A stretch of DNA of 38,877 nt. Source: Candidatus Dormibacteria bacterium. Lineage in GTDB: Bacteria > Chloroflexota > Dormibacteria > Aeolococcales > Aeolococcaceae. The stretch is taken from the NCBI GenBank assembly GCA_046263035.1, contig JBHELP010000051.1:1-38877 (forward strand), read 5' to 3'. Below are positions 7,361 through 15,374 of the stretch, in pieces (positions within the stretch are counted from its first letter, which is position 1; each line of letters starts with the position of its first letter). A program made the position numbers and the translations under genes. Under the pieces are notes generated by a model that did not search any database, was not told the DNA's origin, and saw only the letters and a list, made by a program, of their open reading frames with translations.

Positions 7361-9871
7361 ATGGCAGAAGAGACGGCGGATCGGCTGGATGCACCGGCCC
7401 TGGACGCCAAGTGGCGCCGCATCTGGGCCGATCGAGGGGCACATCGGACTCCTCTGGACACCGCCGACCGGCCCTACTACAACCTGATGATGTTTCCCTA
7501 TCCCTCGGCGGAGAAGCTTCACGTGGGCAACGCCTACGCCTTCATTGGCTCGGACATTCACGGCCGGTATCAGCGGCTCAAGGGCAACGATGTCTTCGAG
7601 CCGATGGGATTCGACGCATTCGGCATCCACAGTGAAAACTACGCTCTCAAGGTCGGCCAGCATCCGGCGACGCTGACGGCCCGGAACGTCGAGTACTTCA
7701 GGGAGCAGCAGTTGAAGAAGCTGGGTCTCATGCTCGACTGGGATCATGAGGTCGACACCACCGATCCTGACTACTACCGCTGGACGCAGTGGCTCTTCCT
7801 CCAGCTCTTCAATGCCGGTCTCGCCGAGCATCGGGAGGGACCGGTCAACTGGTGCCCGTCCTGCTTGACCGTTCTCGCGGACGAGCAGGTTGTCGACGAT
7901 CGCTGCGAGCGCTGTTCCAGCCTCGTCCAGCGGCGCTTCCTCAAGCAATGGTTCCTTAAGACCACCCGCTACGCGCAGGAGATGCTGGATGCGCTGGACG
8001 GGCTGGATTGGTCAGAAAAGACCAAGGTGGCGCAGCGGAACTGGATTGGTCGCAGTGAGGGCGCCATCGTGCGCTTCGAGCTGTCCGGCTGCGCACGCAC
8101 CGACGTCAGCGTCTTCACAACCCGGCCGGATACCCTGCACGGCGCCACCTTCCTTGTCATCGGCGCCGACCACCCGGCCCTGTCGGACTTTGTCGCACCA
8201 GACCGGATCGCCGCAGTGGAGGCATGGAGTTCGCGCGTGGCCGACGCCATGGCGGAGCAGCCGGGGGAGGCGGGGCCGGCTGGCATCGACCTCGGCTCCG
8301 AGGCGCATCATCCTCTGACGGGATCCATGGTTCCCGTCTGGGCGGCCACCTACGTTCTCGGCGGCTATGGGACCGGGGCGATCATGGCCGTCCCCGCCCA
8401 CGACCAGCGCGACCACTCATTCGCCCAGGCGCATGACCTGCCCATCGTAGAGGTGGTTCGGGGAGGTGACGACGTCCATGTCGAGGCCCATACCGGTCCC
8501 GGCGTGATGGTGGCAAGCGGAGATCTCGATGGGTTGCCATCCGTGGAGGGTGCACGGCGGATCGTCAAGATGCTCGAGGAGCGCGGAGCGGGTCACGCCA
8601 CCATCCAGTACCGCCTCCGCGACTGGTTGATCTCCCGGCAACGCTACTGGGGCCCGCCCATCCCGATCATCCATTGCCAGGACTGCGGGCCCGTCGGGGT
8701 GCCGGTCGGGGACCTTCCGGTGGTATTGCCCCACGTGGATGAGTTCCGACCGCTGGGCACAGGGGTGTCGCCGCTCGCCGCTCTCGAGGACTGGGTGAAC
8801 GTGGCCTGCCCACGCTGCGGTGGCCCCGGACGTCGCGAGTCCGACGTGAGCGACAATTTCCTGGACTCCGCCTGGTACTTCCTCCGCTACCCGTCGTCGG
8901 ATCTCCACGATCGCCCGCTGGACCGGGATCGAACGTGGAAGTGGCTGCCGGTGGACATGTACATCGGTGGAAATGAGCACGCCGTGCTGCACCTGATGTA
9001 TGCCCGCTTCGTCATGCGGGCGCTCCACGAACTGGGACATGTGCCGGTGCCGGAGCCGTTCACGCGCTTCCGCGCTCACGGTCTCCTCATCAGAGATGGG
9101 GCGAAGATGTCCAAGAACCGGGGCAACGTGGTCAATCCGGACGAGTTCGTCGCTCAGCACGGAGCCGATGCCTTTCGCCTCTACCTCATGTTTCTCGGCC
9201 CGTTCGAGCAGGGCGGCGATTTCCGGGCTGTGGGTATCAGGGGCATGACACGTTTCCTCGACCGGGTGTGGCGGGCGGTGCTGCAGGGGGGGAGCGACAA
9301 CGGTTCCCATCACCCTGCTGGGAGTGGTGGCGTGGCGGTTCCCGACGAAAGCGCCTCCGATGTCGCCACCGGCTCTCAGGGCGACGGTGGCCAATCGGCA
9401 GGCGTGCGGGAGAGCCGTCGTCACAGGCTCATCGCCCGGGTGGAGGACGACATTTCCGAACTGAGGTACAACACCGCCATCGCGGAGTTGATGGGATTCT
9501 CGCGAGCGCTGGAGGAGGAGGCCGCGGAGGGGCGGGGCCGCCGGATTGACGCGATCACCCTCGTCCAGCTGCTGGCGCCGTTCGCGCCGCACATCACCGA
9601 GGAGCTGTGGGAGCGGCTGGCGTGCCCGGGCTCGATTCATGACTCGCGCTGGCCACGAGCCGATGCCACGCTCGCCGCCCCCACGGAGGTGACCGTCGTG
9701 GTCCAGGTCAACGGCCGGCGGCGGGGGGAGCTCGTGGTGCCGGCGGGAACACCGGAGGAGGAGCTCCACACGCGGGCCCTCGCCATGTCCCGGGTCCAGG
9801 AGTTGCTGGACGGCCGGCCGCCCCGGCGCATGGTCGTCGTTCCCGATCGGATCGTCAACGTGGTGGCCTGA
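7361..9871 (+). CDS. leuS: leucyl-tRNA synthetase
   Basis: 836 aa. FPYPSAEKLHVGNAY (HIGH region, variant HVGN), an editing-domain-sized insertion, KMSKNRGN (KMSKS) and a C-terminal tRNA-binding region. Confidence 0.97.
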   Translation: MAEETADRLDAPALDAKWRRIWADRGAHRTPLDTADRPYYNLMMFPYPSAEKLHVGNAYAFIGSDIHGRYQRLKGNDVFEPMGFDAFGIHSENYALKVGQHPATLTARNVEYFREQQLKKLGLMLDWDHEVDTTDPDYYRWTQWLFLQLFNAGLAEHREGPVNWCPSCLTVLADEQVVDDRCERCSSLVQRRFLKQWFLKTTRYAQEMLDALDGLDWSEKTKVAQRNWIGRSEGAIVRFELSGCARTDVSVFTTRPDTLHGATFLVIGADHPALSDFVAPDRIAAVEAWSSRVADAMAEQPGEAGPAGIDLGSEAHHPLTGSMVPVWAATYVLGGYGTGAIMAVPAHDQRDHSFAQAHDLPIVEVVRGGDDVHVEAHTGPGVMVASGDLDGLPSVEGARRIVKMLEERGAGHATIQYRLRDWLISRQRYWGPPIPIIHCQDCGPVGVPVGDLPVVLPHVDEFRPLGTGVSPLAALEDWVNVACPRCGGPGRRESDVSDNFLDSAWYFLRYPSSDLHDRPLDRDRTWKWLPVDMYIGGNEHAVLHLMYARFVMRALHELGHVPVPEPFTRFRAHGLLIRDGAKMSKNRGNVVNPDEFVAQHGADAFRLYLMFLGPFEQGGDFRAVGIRGMTRFLDRVWRAVLQGGSDNGSHHPAGSGGVAVPDESASDVATGSQGDGGQSAGVRESRRHRLIARVEDDISELRYNTAIAELMGFSRALEEEAAEGRGRRIDAITLVQLLAPFAPHITEELWERLACPGSIHDSRWPRADATLAAPTEVTVVVQVNGRRRGELVVPAGTPEEELHTRALAMSRVQELLDGRPPRRMVVVPDRIVNVVA

Positions 9872-9900
9872 CGGCTCACACGCCGCTGGTCCGGCTGGGT

Positions 9901-9906
9901 TACCCT
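9901..9906 (+). promoter_or_regulatory. candidate -10 box (TACCCT), leaderless-type, for the response regulator
   Basis: TACCCT lies 7 nt upstream of ATG9914 with no Shine-Dalgarno. Confidence 0.3.
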
Positions 9907-9913
9907 CGGGACG

Positions 9914-10375
9914 ATGGCTGCTGAGCCCACGGGGGGCGGCGAGCGTATCCTCATTGTCGAGGATGACGCCTCCTACCGCTCCTATCTAGAGGAAAGGCTG
10001 CGGAGGGACGGCCACAGGACGGCCGCGGTCGCGGACGCCCCGTCGGGGCTCTCCAGCCTCGACGATTTTGGCCCCACCATCCTCATCACCGACCTGGCCA
10101 TGCCCGGGATGGGCGGCCTCGAGCTCTGCCGGGAGGTGAGGCGGCGGCCCGCCTGGAGACATCTGCCCATCCTGGTCATCAGCGGCGCCGACGAGTCCGC
10201 GTCCATTGGTGAGGTCGTGGGTCTCGGACTGATCTGGTATCTGAGCAAGGGGGCCACCTGGGAGCACCTCGAGAAGACCCTTGGCAACCTCATCGCCCGG
10301 GCCCACGACACCTTCCCGGAGCCGGCCGGACCCGAGAGCCCGCGCAACGGTCAGGAGCTCGGCAGCGGCCGGTAG
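9914..10375 (+). CDS. stand-alone receiver-domain response regulator (CheY-like)
   Basis: 153 aa. ILIVEDD, ILITDLAMPGMGG (phospho-acceptor Asp), ILVISGA and YLSKG. There is no output domain, and no histidine kinase in the window. Confidence 0.8.
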   Translation: MAAEPTGGGERILIVEDDASYRSYLEERLRRDGHRTAAVADAPSGLSSLDDFGPTILITDLAMPGMGGLELCREVRRRPAWRHLPILVISGADESASIGEVVGLGLIWYLSKGATWEHLEKTLGNLIARAHDTFPEPAGPESPRNGQELGSGR

Positions 10376-11862
10376 CGTTCCAGGCAGAGGTCGCCTCGGC
10401 AGCTGCGGTCGGCCAGCCCATACCCGCGCGGTGGGGGCCGCTCATTCCCGCCGCTCGCCTCGACGACACGATGGATCGTGCCACCATGGTCGGTGACGTC
10501 AGTGGGCACCTCGGGGATCACCGCACCATCCGGGTACACCGCCGTCCCCCAGAACCAGGGCACGCTGTCGGCGAGTACATGGATGCGTGCGCGATACTCG
10601 GGGGCCGCGTAGTACTGCAGAAGCAGATAGGTGTCGGGGTCGACTGCGACGATGTCATGGGCGCCCACGCGGCCGCGCAGTTGATCCGCTACGGCGGGTG
10701 CGTCCGGATGGGTCACGGCCAGGGAGAGGGTTGCCGCCACGGCGGCGAGCGATGCCATGGCGAAGCCGGTGAGAGCGCGGCAGCGCATCAGTGACAGTCC
10801 AGCCCCAAGCAGCGGCACCAGTGGTCCCCATACCACGCTGACGTAGCGGGCCTCGACCAGCGGATGCCAGAGGCTTGCCACGATGAAGAGGCAGGCCGCT
10901 CCCAGCCCCGAGGCGCCCAGGAACGCTGCCGCACGGCGCCCAGGAGGACTCAGGTTGCGCCGCTGCCGCACCAGGGCATAGAGGGCCATGCCGCCAACGC
11001 CCGAGGCGAGCGCTTGCATGGTCTGAAGTGTCACCCGTCCCGGCGTCCCGGCATCGATCGGCGGACCGGAGAGGAACTGCAGCACCACGCTGCTCACCGT
11101 CTTGGCCCCCACGCTCTCCACCCAGAAGGGAGTTGACCCGTGGAGTAGCTGCGATCGCGCGCTTAGCATCCAGGGGACGAGAGTGAGACCGCCCGCCGTC
11201 GCGGATATCACTGCGGAGGCCATCGTGCGCGGCGAGGGCCGGAGCACGAGCAGCACGGCAAGGAGCTGTCCGGCAACTCCGAAGGCGGCGAAATACTGCG
11301 TGTGGAGGGCCGCCGCCACCGCGCCCGCGTACAGCGCCCATCGCCCCACGGTGGGCCGTTCCACCGCCCGCCAGAGCAGCAGCGTTGCCACCATGACCAG
11401 GGTCGTCGCCAGCGCGTACATGCGCGCATCGCGGGCGCTCAGTACCAGCGCCGGGCTGAGTGCGCACGCGGCCCCGGCCAACAGGCCTGTCCGGTCGCCA
11501 CCGATCCGCCTGCCCAGCGCCGCGCCCAGGGGGACGGCCGCGCTGCCGGCGAGCGCGGGCAGCACACGCAGGGCTGCGGGAGAGGTGGATACCACGGCCA
11601 CCACACGGTCGAGCAGGTAGGCCAGCGGTGGCGCGCTGTCGCGGCGGACGGCGTCGAGCATGCCGCCGAGCGACCGCTGCACGGCCAGCGCGGTAAACGC
11701 CTCATCGCGCCAGAGTGGCTGCCGGTCCAGAAAGGCCAGGCGGAGTACGGCACCCGCGGCCGTGATCGCGGCGACCCGCCCTCCGTAGGTGGGGGGCGTG
11801 AGCCGGCCACGAAGCCCACGCCTCGGTCGCTGGGCCTGTGCCGACACGCTTGTCTCGGTCAC
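10351..11862 (-). CDS. GT-C fold membrane glycosyltransferase (GT39/PMT_2-like)
   Basis: Polytopic membrane protein. After TM1 it reads LWRDEAFTAL...DSAPPLAYLL...ALRVLPALAG...RDARMYAL, the pattern of PMT_2/ArnT-like proteins. The start is set at GTG11862, 14 nt after the upstream stop. The ORF-track start at 11946 would overlap by 71 nt (11876-11946). Confidence 0.6.
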   Translation of the reverse strand: MTETSVSAQAQRPRRGLRGRLTPPTYGGRVAAITAAGAVLRLAFLDRQPLWRDEAFTALAVQRSLGGMLDAVRRDSAPPLAYLLDRVVAVVSTSPAALRVLPALAGSAAVPLGAALGRRIGGDRTGLLAGAACALSPALVLSARDARMYALATTLVMVATLLLWRAVERPTVGRWALYAGAVAAALHTQYFAAFGVAGQLLAVLLVLRPSPRTMASAVISATAGGLTLVPWMLSARSQLLHGSTPFWVESVGAKTVSSVVLQFLSGPPIDAGTPGRVTLQTMQALASGVGGMALYALVRQRRNLSPPGRRAAAFLGASGLGAACLFIVASLWHPLVEARYVSVVWGPLVPLLGAGLSLMRCRALTGFAMASLAAVAATLSLAVTHPDAPAVADQLRGRVGAHDIVAVDPDTYLLLQYYAAPEYRARIHVLADSVPWFWGTAVYPDGAVIPEVPTDVTDHGGTIHRVVEASGGNERPPPRGYGLADRSCRGDLCLERYRPLPSS

Positions 11863-11875
11863 CGGTATCCCGGTA

Positions 11876-13531
11876 TCAGGGCGCCACCGCCCACACCACC
11901 GGCCTGCCGGCGTGGTCGCGGGCCGCCACGACGGACCTGCCCGCAAGCGATGGGCCTACCACGTGGGTCAGCTGGCGGCGGTCGCGGGCCACTATTCGAG
12001 CGAATCGTTCGGGACGGTCGAGATGCGCCGCGGGGTCGACAATGGTGGGCGGGTCGGCGGCATCGAGGAAGCGGACGTCGAAGGCGGCGAAGTCGTCGAC
12101 GATGACGGCGGTGCTCGGCCCGTGATCGGCCTGTGCCGACAGCGCCACCAGGTCGAAGGAGTATGCGTCGTAGCGGTCGGCCACCCCGCGTGAGAAGTAC
12201 GCCTGGGCGGCTGCCACTCCGGCGGCCACCAGCAGGGCGGCCGCAGGCGCGATGGCGACCGCTGCGGCCCGGCCACCACGAAGGCCGGCGGCCATGCACC
12301 GGTCGACAAGCTCTGCACAGCCGAGGGCGACCAGAGCGGCGAGGTAAGGTGCCAGGCCCAGGGAGCGGAGGAAATGGGGCGCCCCCCCCTCGGTGGCGAT
12401 CAGCGGCGGGATGAGAAAGACCGCCGAGCCGAGAAGGACAAGTGAGTGGGCATGGTCGCCGCGCCGTTTCCAGGCGCGAATCCCCCCGGCGACGACGAGG
12501 AGGGCCAGGGGCACACCGACCAGGGGCAGGCCGCCAACGTTGTGCCTCGGGTTCGGGTCGCCCGTGAAGCCCAGCATGCCGATGGTGCGAAGGACATGAA
12601 GGGGAAGTGCCCCCGGCCCCTGGTCGGGATTGAACGCGGTCACCGAGGCGCCCCTGCCCAGGTAGTTGCCCGGGTCACCGATCGCGGCGACCGCCATGGG
12701 GGCGGACACCACGGCGAAGGCGATCGCGAACCAGCGGAGGTCCGGCCGCAGTGATGTGAAGCGCTCGCGATCGACGTGGCGGATCCACCACAGCCAGAGG
12801 ATGACCAGCAGCGGCAACAGCTTGAGGGGCTGGTAGGTCCAGAGACCCGCACCGGCGACAATCCCGGCCACCGTCGCTCGAGCTCGGCCCGGTCTGTCGC
12901 CCCAGCGGATCAGCGAGGCGAGGGCCAGCGCACCCACAAGGGGGACCAGGATCACCCGGAATCCATCCCGCGCGACGCAGATGAGCCACAGCGAGCCCGC
13001 TGCCCACGCCATCCCGGCGACGGCTGCTCCCGCCCCGAAGCGTCGCAGCGCCGGCCAGAGGGCGACCACTCCCACCACTCCGACCACTGCCGCAACGCCC
13101 CGAAGCACGGTCGCCGATTCGCCGGCCACCCGGAACGTCGCTGCCACCAGGTAGCCGAAGAGCGCCTCGCGGCCGGCGTCGTCATGGAAGAAGACGGGAT
13201 GGAAGCCGGCCTCATGAAGAAGGCGGTGGGCGTCCAGACCCTCGGCGGCCTCGTCGGGGTACAGCCCCCCGGGCTGGCCGTTGAGGTCGATCAGGCGAAG
13301 AGCGGCGGCGACCGCAACGACCACCACAGCCGCTCCCAGCCAGGCCACCCTCAGCCACCCCGGCACGCGGTTGGCCGCGACCTCCTCGACACCCTCTCGC
13401 CCCCCTGCGGTGCGCTCCGGCGGTTTGCCATCCACCGGACCGGCCAGGCGTTCCCCATGGCGGCCCGAGTTGCCCGGCGCGGGGCGGGCGTCGACCGACC
13501 CTTCGACGCCGCGGCCGCCGGCAACCTCCAA
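11876..13531 (-). CDS. GT-C fold membrane glycosyltransferase (GT39/ArnT-like)
   Basis: 551-aa polytopic ORF. GGLYPDEAAEGLDAHRLL...FFHDDAGREALFGYL...VLRGVAAVVG is paralogous in pattern to the protein at 15371-17059. TTG start with GGAGGA 11 nt upstream. The exact start is uncertain. Confidence 0.6.
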   Translation of the reverse strand: MEVAGGRGVEGSVDARPAPGNSGRHGERLAGPVDGKPPERTAGGREGVEEVAANRVPGWLRVAWLGAAVVVVAVAAALRLIDLNGQPGGLYPDEAAEGLDAHRLLHEAGFHPVFFHDDAGREALFGYLVAATFRVAGESATVLRGVAAVVGVVGVVALWPALRRFGAGAAVAGMAWAAGSLWLICVARDGFRVILVPLVGALALASLIRWGDRPGRARATVAGIVAGAGLWTYQPLKLLPLLVILWLWWIRHVDRERFTSLRPDLRWFAIAFAVVSAPMAVAAIGDPGNYLGRGASVTAFNPDQGPGALPLHVLRTIGMLGFTGDPNPRHNVGGLPLVGVPLALLVVAGGIRAWKRRGDHAHSLVLLGSAVFLIPPLIATEGGAPHFLRSLGLAPYLAALVALGCAELVDRCMAAGLRGGRAAAVAIAPAAALLVAAGVAAAQAYFSRGVADRYDAYSFDLVALSAQADHGPSTAVIVDDFAAFDVRFLDAADPPTIVDPAAHLDRPERFARIVARDRRQLTHVVGPSLAGRSVVAARDHAGRPVVWAVAP

Positions 13532-13548
13532 GGAGCGGGAGTCCTCCC

Positions 13549-13788
13549 CTAGCCGGTCGACACGGCCTCCCGGGCGAGTGGAGGTGTTTGCTGAAGAAGC
13601 GCCCGGGTTGCCGCGACCCGGCAGGCGAGGAGCTCGAGGATCTCGTCCAACCGCTCTTTCAGCCCCGGATCCATCTCCACGGGATGGTTGTCGATGTCGC
13701 GGAGCAGCGCCGAGAGGCGGAGTGCCTTCTGATCGATCTTGCTTACGACGTCTTGCGGGTCGCGGGGGCTGTGGGATCGTGGCTCCAT
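13549..13788 (-). CDS. small helical hypothetical protein
   Basis: 79 aa from ATG13788, with GGAGG 5 nt upstream. Its stop lies 17 nt before the downstream GT-C gene. No recognisable family. Confidence 0.4.
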   Translation of the reverse strand: MEPRSHSPRDPQDVVSKIDQKALRLSALLRDIDNHPVEMDPGLKERLDEILELLACRVAATRALLQQTPPLAREAVSTG

Positions 13789-13928
13789 GGGCTTGCCTCC
13801 GATGGTGGATGGTGATGAAACCATCGGCAAGCGTAGGGCGCCAACGGCGACGCGGGCAAGCTCACGATGTGACAACTCGACGAGGCAGGGGTCGCCTCCG
13901 GGGTCCCGACGTGGCCCCGGCGACGGGC

Positions 13929-13937
13929 TGATAGACT
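13929..13937 (+). promoter_or_regulatory. candidate extended -10 (TGaTAGACT) for tRNA-Leu
   Basis: TGnTAnnnT motif with 13 nt between its 3' end and the mature tRNA 5' end. Confidence 0.35.
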
Positions 13938-13950
13938 GGGCGCCCGTCCC

Positions 13951-14032
13951 GCGCGGATGGCGGAACCGGTAGACGCGCGGGGCTTAGGACCCCGTGGGGC
14001 AACCCGTCCGAGTTCGACTCTCGGTCCGCGCA
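13951..14032 (+). tRNA. tRNA-Leu (anticodon UAG), long variable arm
   Basis: GCGCGGATGGCGGAACCGGTAGACGCGCGGGGCTTAGGACCCCGTGGGGCAACCCGTCCGAGTTCGACTCTCGGTCCGCGCA. It has a 7-bp acceptor stem, anticodon loop CTTAGGA, a type-II variable arm and T-loop GTTCGACTC. Confidence 0.9.
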
Positions 14033-14138
14033 TCTGGCGCCCATCCTTCTACATTGGTGCATCGCCATCCCAACTCCAGACCTGACCGCCAGCCCCTCTG
14101 ACCTGAGCGTTGCCGTCGAGCGCAAGCCCGGTTCGCGC

Positions 14139-15374
14139 GTGGAGTTGCGTGTTGAGGCGTCGCCCGAGGAGTTGGACGCTGCCATCGAGGCCTCCCTGAA
14201 GCGCCTTGCCGCCCAGGTCCGGGTTGCCGGTTTCCGTCCGGGGAAGGCGCCGGGTCCCGTCGTCGAGCGGGCGCTGGGCTGGGAAGCGGTGCAGCGCGAC
14301 ACCATCCAGCATCTGGTTCCCGAGGTGTTCGGCCGTGCCCTCGAGCAGGTTGGCGTCGACGCCGTGGACGAGCCGGACCTCCAGCTCGACCCCGTCGAGC
14401 GCCACCGCCCGCTCACCTTCACAGCCACGGTGACGGTCAGCCCGGAGGCTGACCTGGGCGACTATCAGTCGATCCGGGTGGAGCAGCCAAACACCGTTGT
14501 GGGTGAGGAACAGGTGGAGGAGGCGCTCGAGGAGGTCCGCCGAGAGCACTCCGACCTCGTCGACGTGGAGCGGCCGGCTCAGGCCGGCGACGTGCTGCGC
14601 TGCACCCTGCGCCTGCGCCGCGAGGACCAGGTGCTGGCCGGTGGTGACGGCGAGCAGCGCGACATCGAGCTGGATCGTGACAAGCTCATCCCCGGCCTGG
14701 TCGACGGAATCCTCGGGCTGAGCGCGGGCGAATCGCGTAGCTTCTGGGTCACGCTCCCGCAGGACTTCGGTCAGGAGGAGTTGCGTGGTGTGGAGGTCAC
14801 CGCCGAGGTGGCTGTGAGCGCAGTGCGCGAACGCGCGCTGCCCCCGCTGGACGACAGTCTGGCTGTCGCCGACGGTCACGGCACAAGTCTGGAGGAGCTG
14901 CGCGAGCACCACCGCCGGCTGCTCACCGAAGCCGCCGAGCAGCATGACGAGGAGCTCTTCAGAAGCAACGCCCTGACCACCTTTCGCGACATGGTCAGAG
15001 TTGACGTACCCCAGGTCATGATCGAGCGGGAGATCGACCGTCAGGTGGCCGAGTTGCGCCACCGGCTGAGCACCATGGGTATGGAGTTGGAGAGGTACCT
15101 GGAGTACACCCAATCGAGCATGGAGCAGTTTCGGGACGAACGTAGGGAGGAGGCCGCCATGCGCGTCAAGCTGGAGATCTCCCTGGATTCCCTGGCCGCC
15201 GCCGAGGGCATCGAGCTCGATGAGGCGCAGATCGCCCGTGAGGAGGAGCGGATCGGCGAGGGACGAAAACTCACAGCCGACCAGCGCCGCCGGGTGGCCA
15301 TCGCGTTCCGAGTGGACCTGCGCCGCCGGGCCGCCGCGGACCGCCTCCTGGAGATCGCCCGCGGAGAGGGTTAG
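14139..15374 (+). CDS. tig: trigger factor
   Basis: VAGFRPGKAP near the N-terminus, followed by PPIase-like and C-terminal helical arm regions. The true start is probably upstream of GTG14139 (see the tig finding); CTG14103 is a candidate. Confidence 0.85.
   Translation: MELRVEASPEELDAAIEASLKRLAAQVRVAGFRPGKAPGPVVERALGWEAVQRDTIQHLVPEVFGRALEQVGVDAVDEPDLQLDPVERHRPLTFTATVTVSPEADLGDYQSIRVEQPNTVVGEEQVEEALEEVRREHSDLVDVERPAQAGDVLRCTLRLRREDQVLAGGDGEQRDIELDRDKLIPGLVDGILGLSAGESRSFWVTLPQDFGQEELRGVEVTAEVAVSAVRERALPPLDDSLAVADGHGTSLEELREHHRRLLTEAAEQHDEELFRSNALTTFRDMVRVDVPQVMIEREIDRQVAELRHRLSTMGMELERYLEYTQSSMEQFRDERREEAAMRVKLEISLDSLAAAEGIELDEAQIAREEERIGEGRKLTADQRRRVAIAFRVDLRRRAAADRLLEIARGEG

Noticed and set aside
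8417-9769. 450-aa minus-strand ORF
   Set aside because: Antisense to leuS, which has unambiguous synthetase motifs. This is a typical long shadow ORF of a stop-poor GC-rich sequence.
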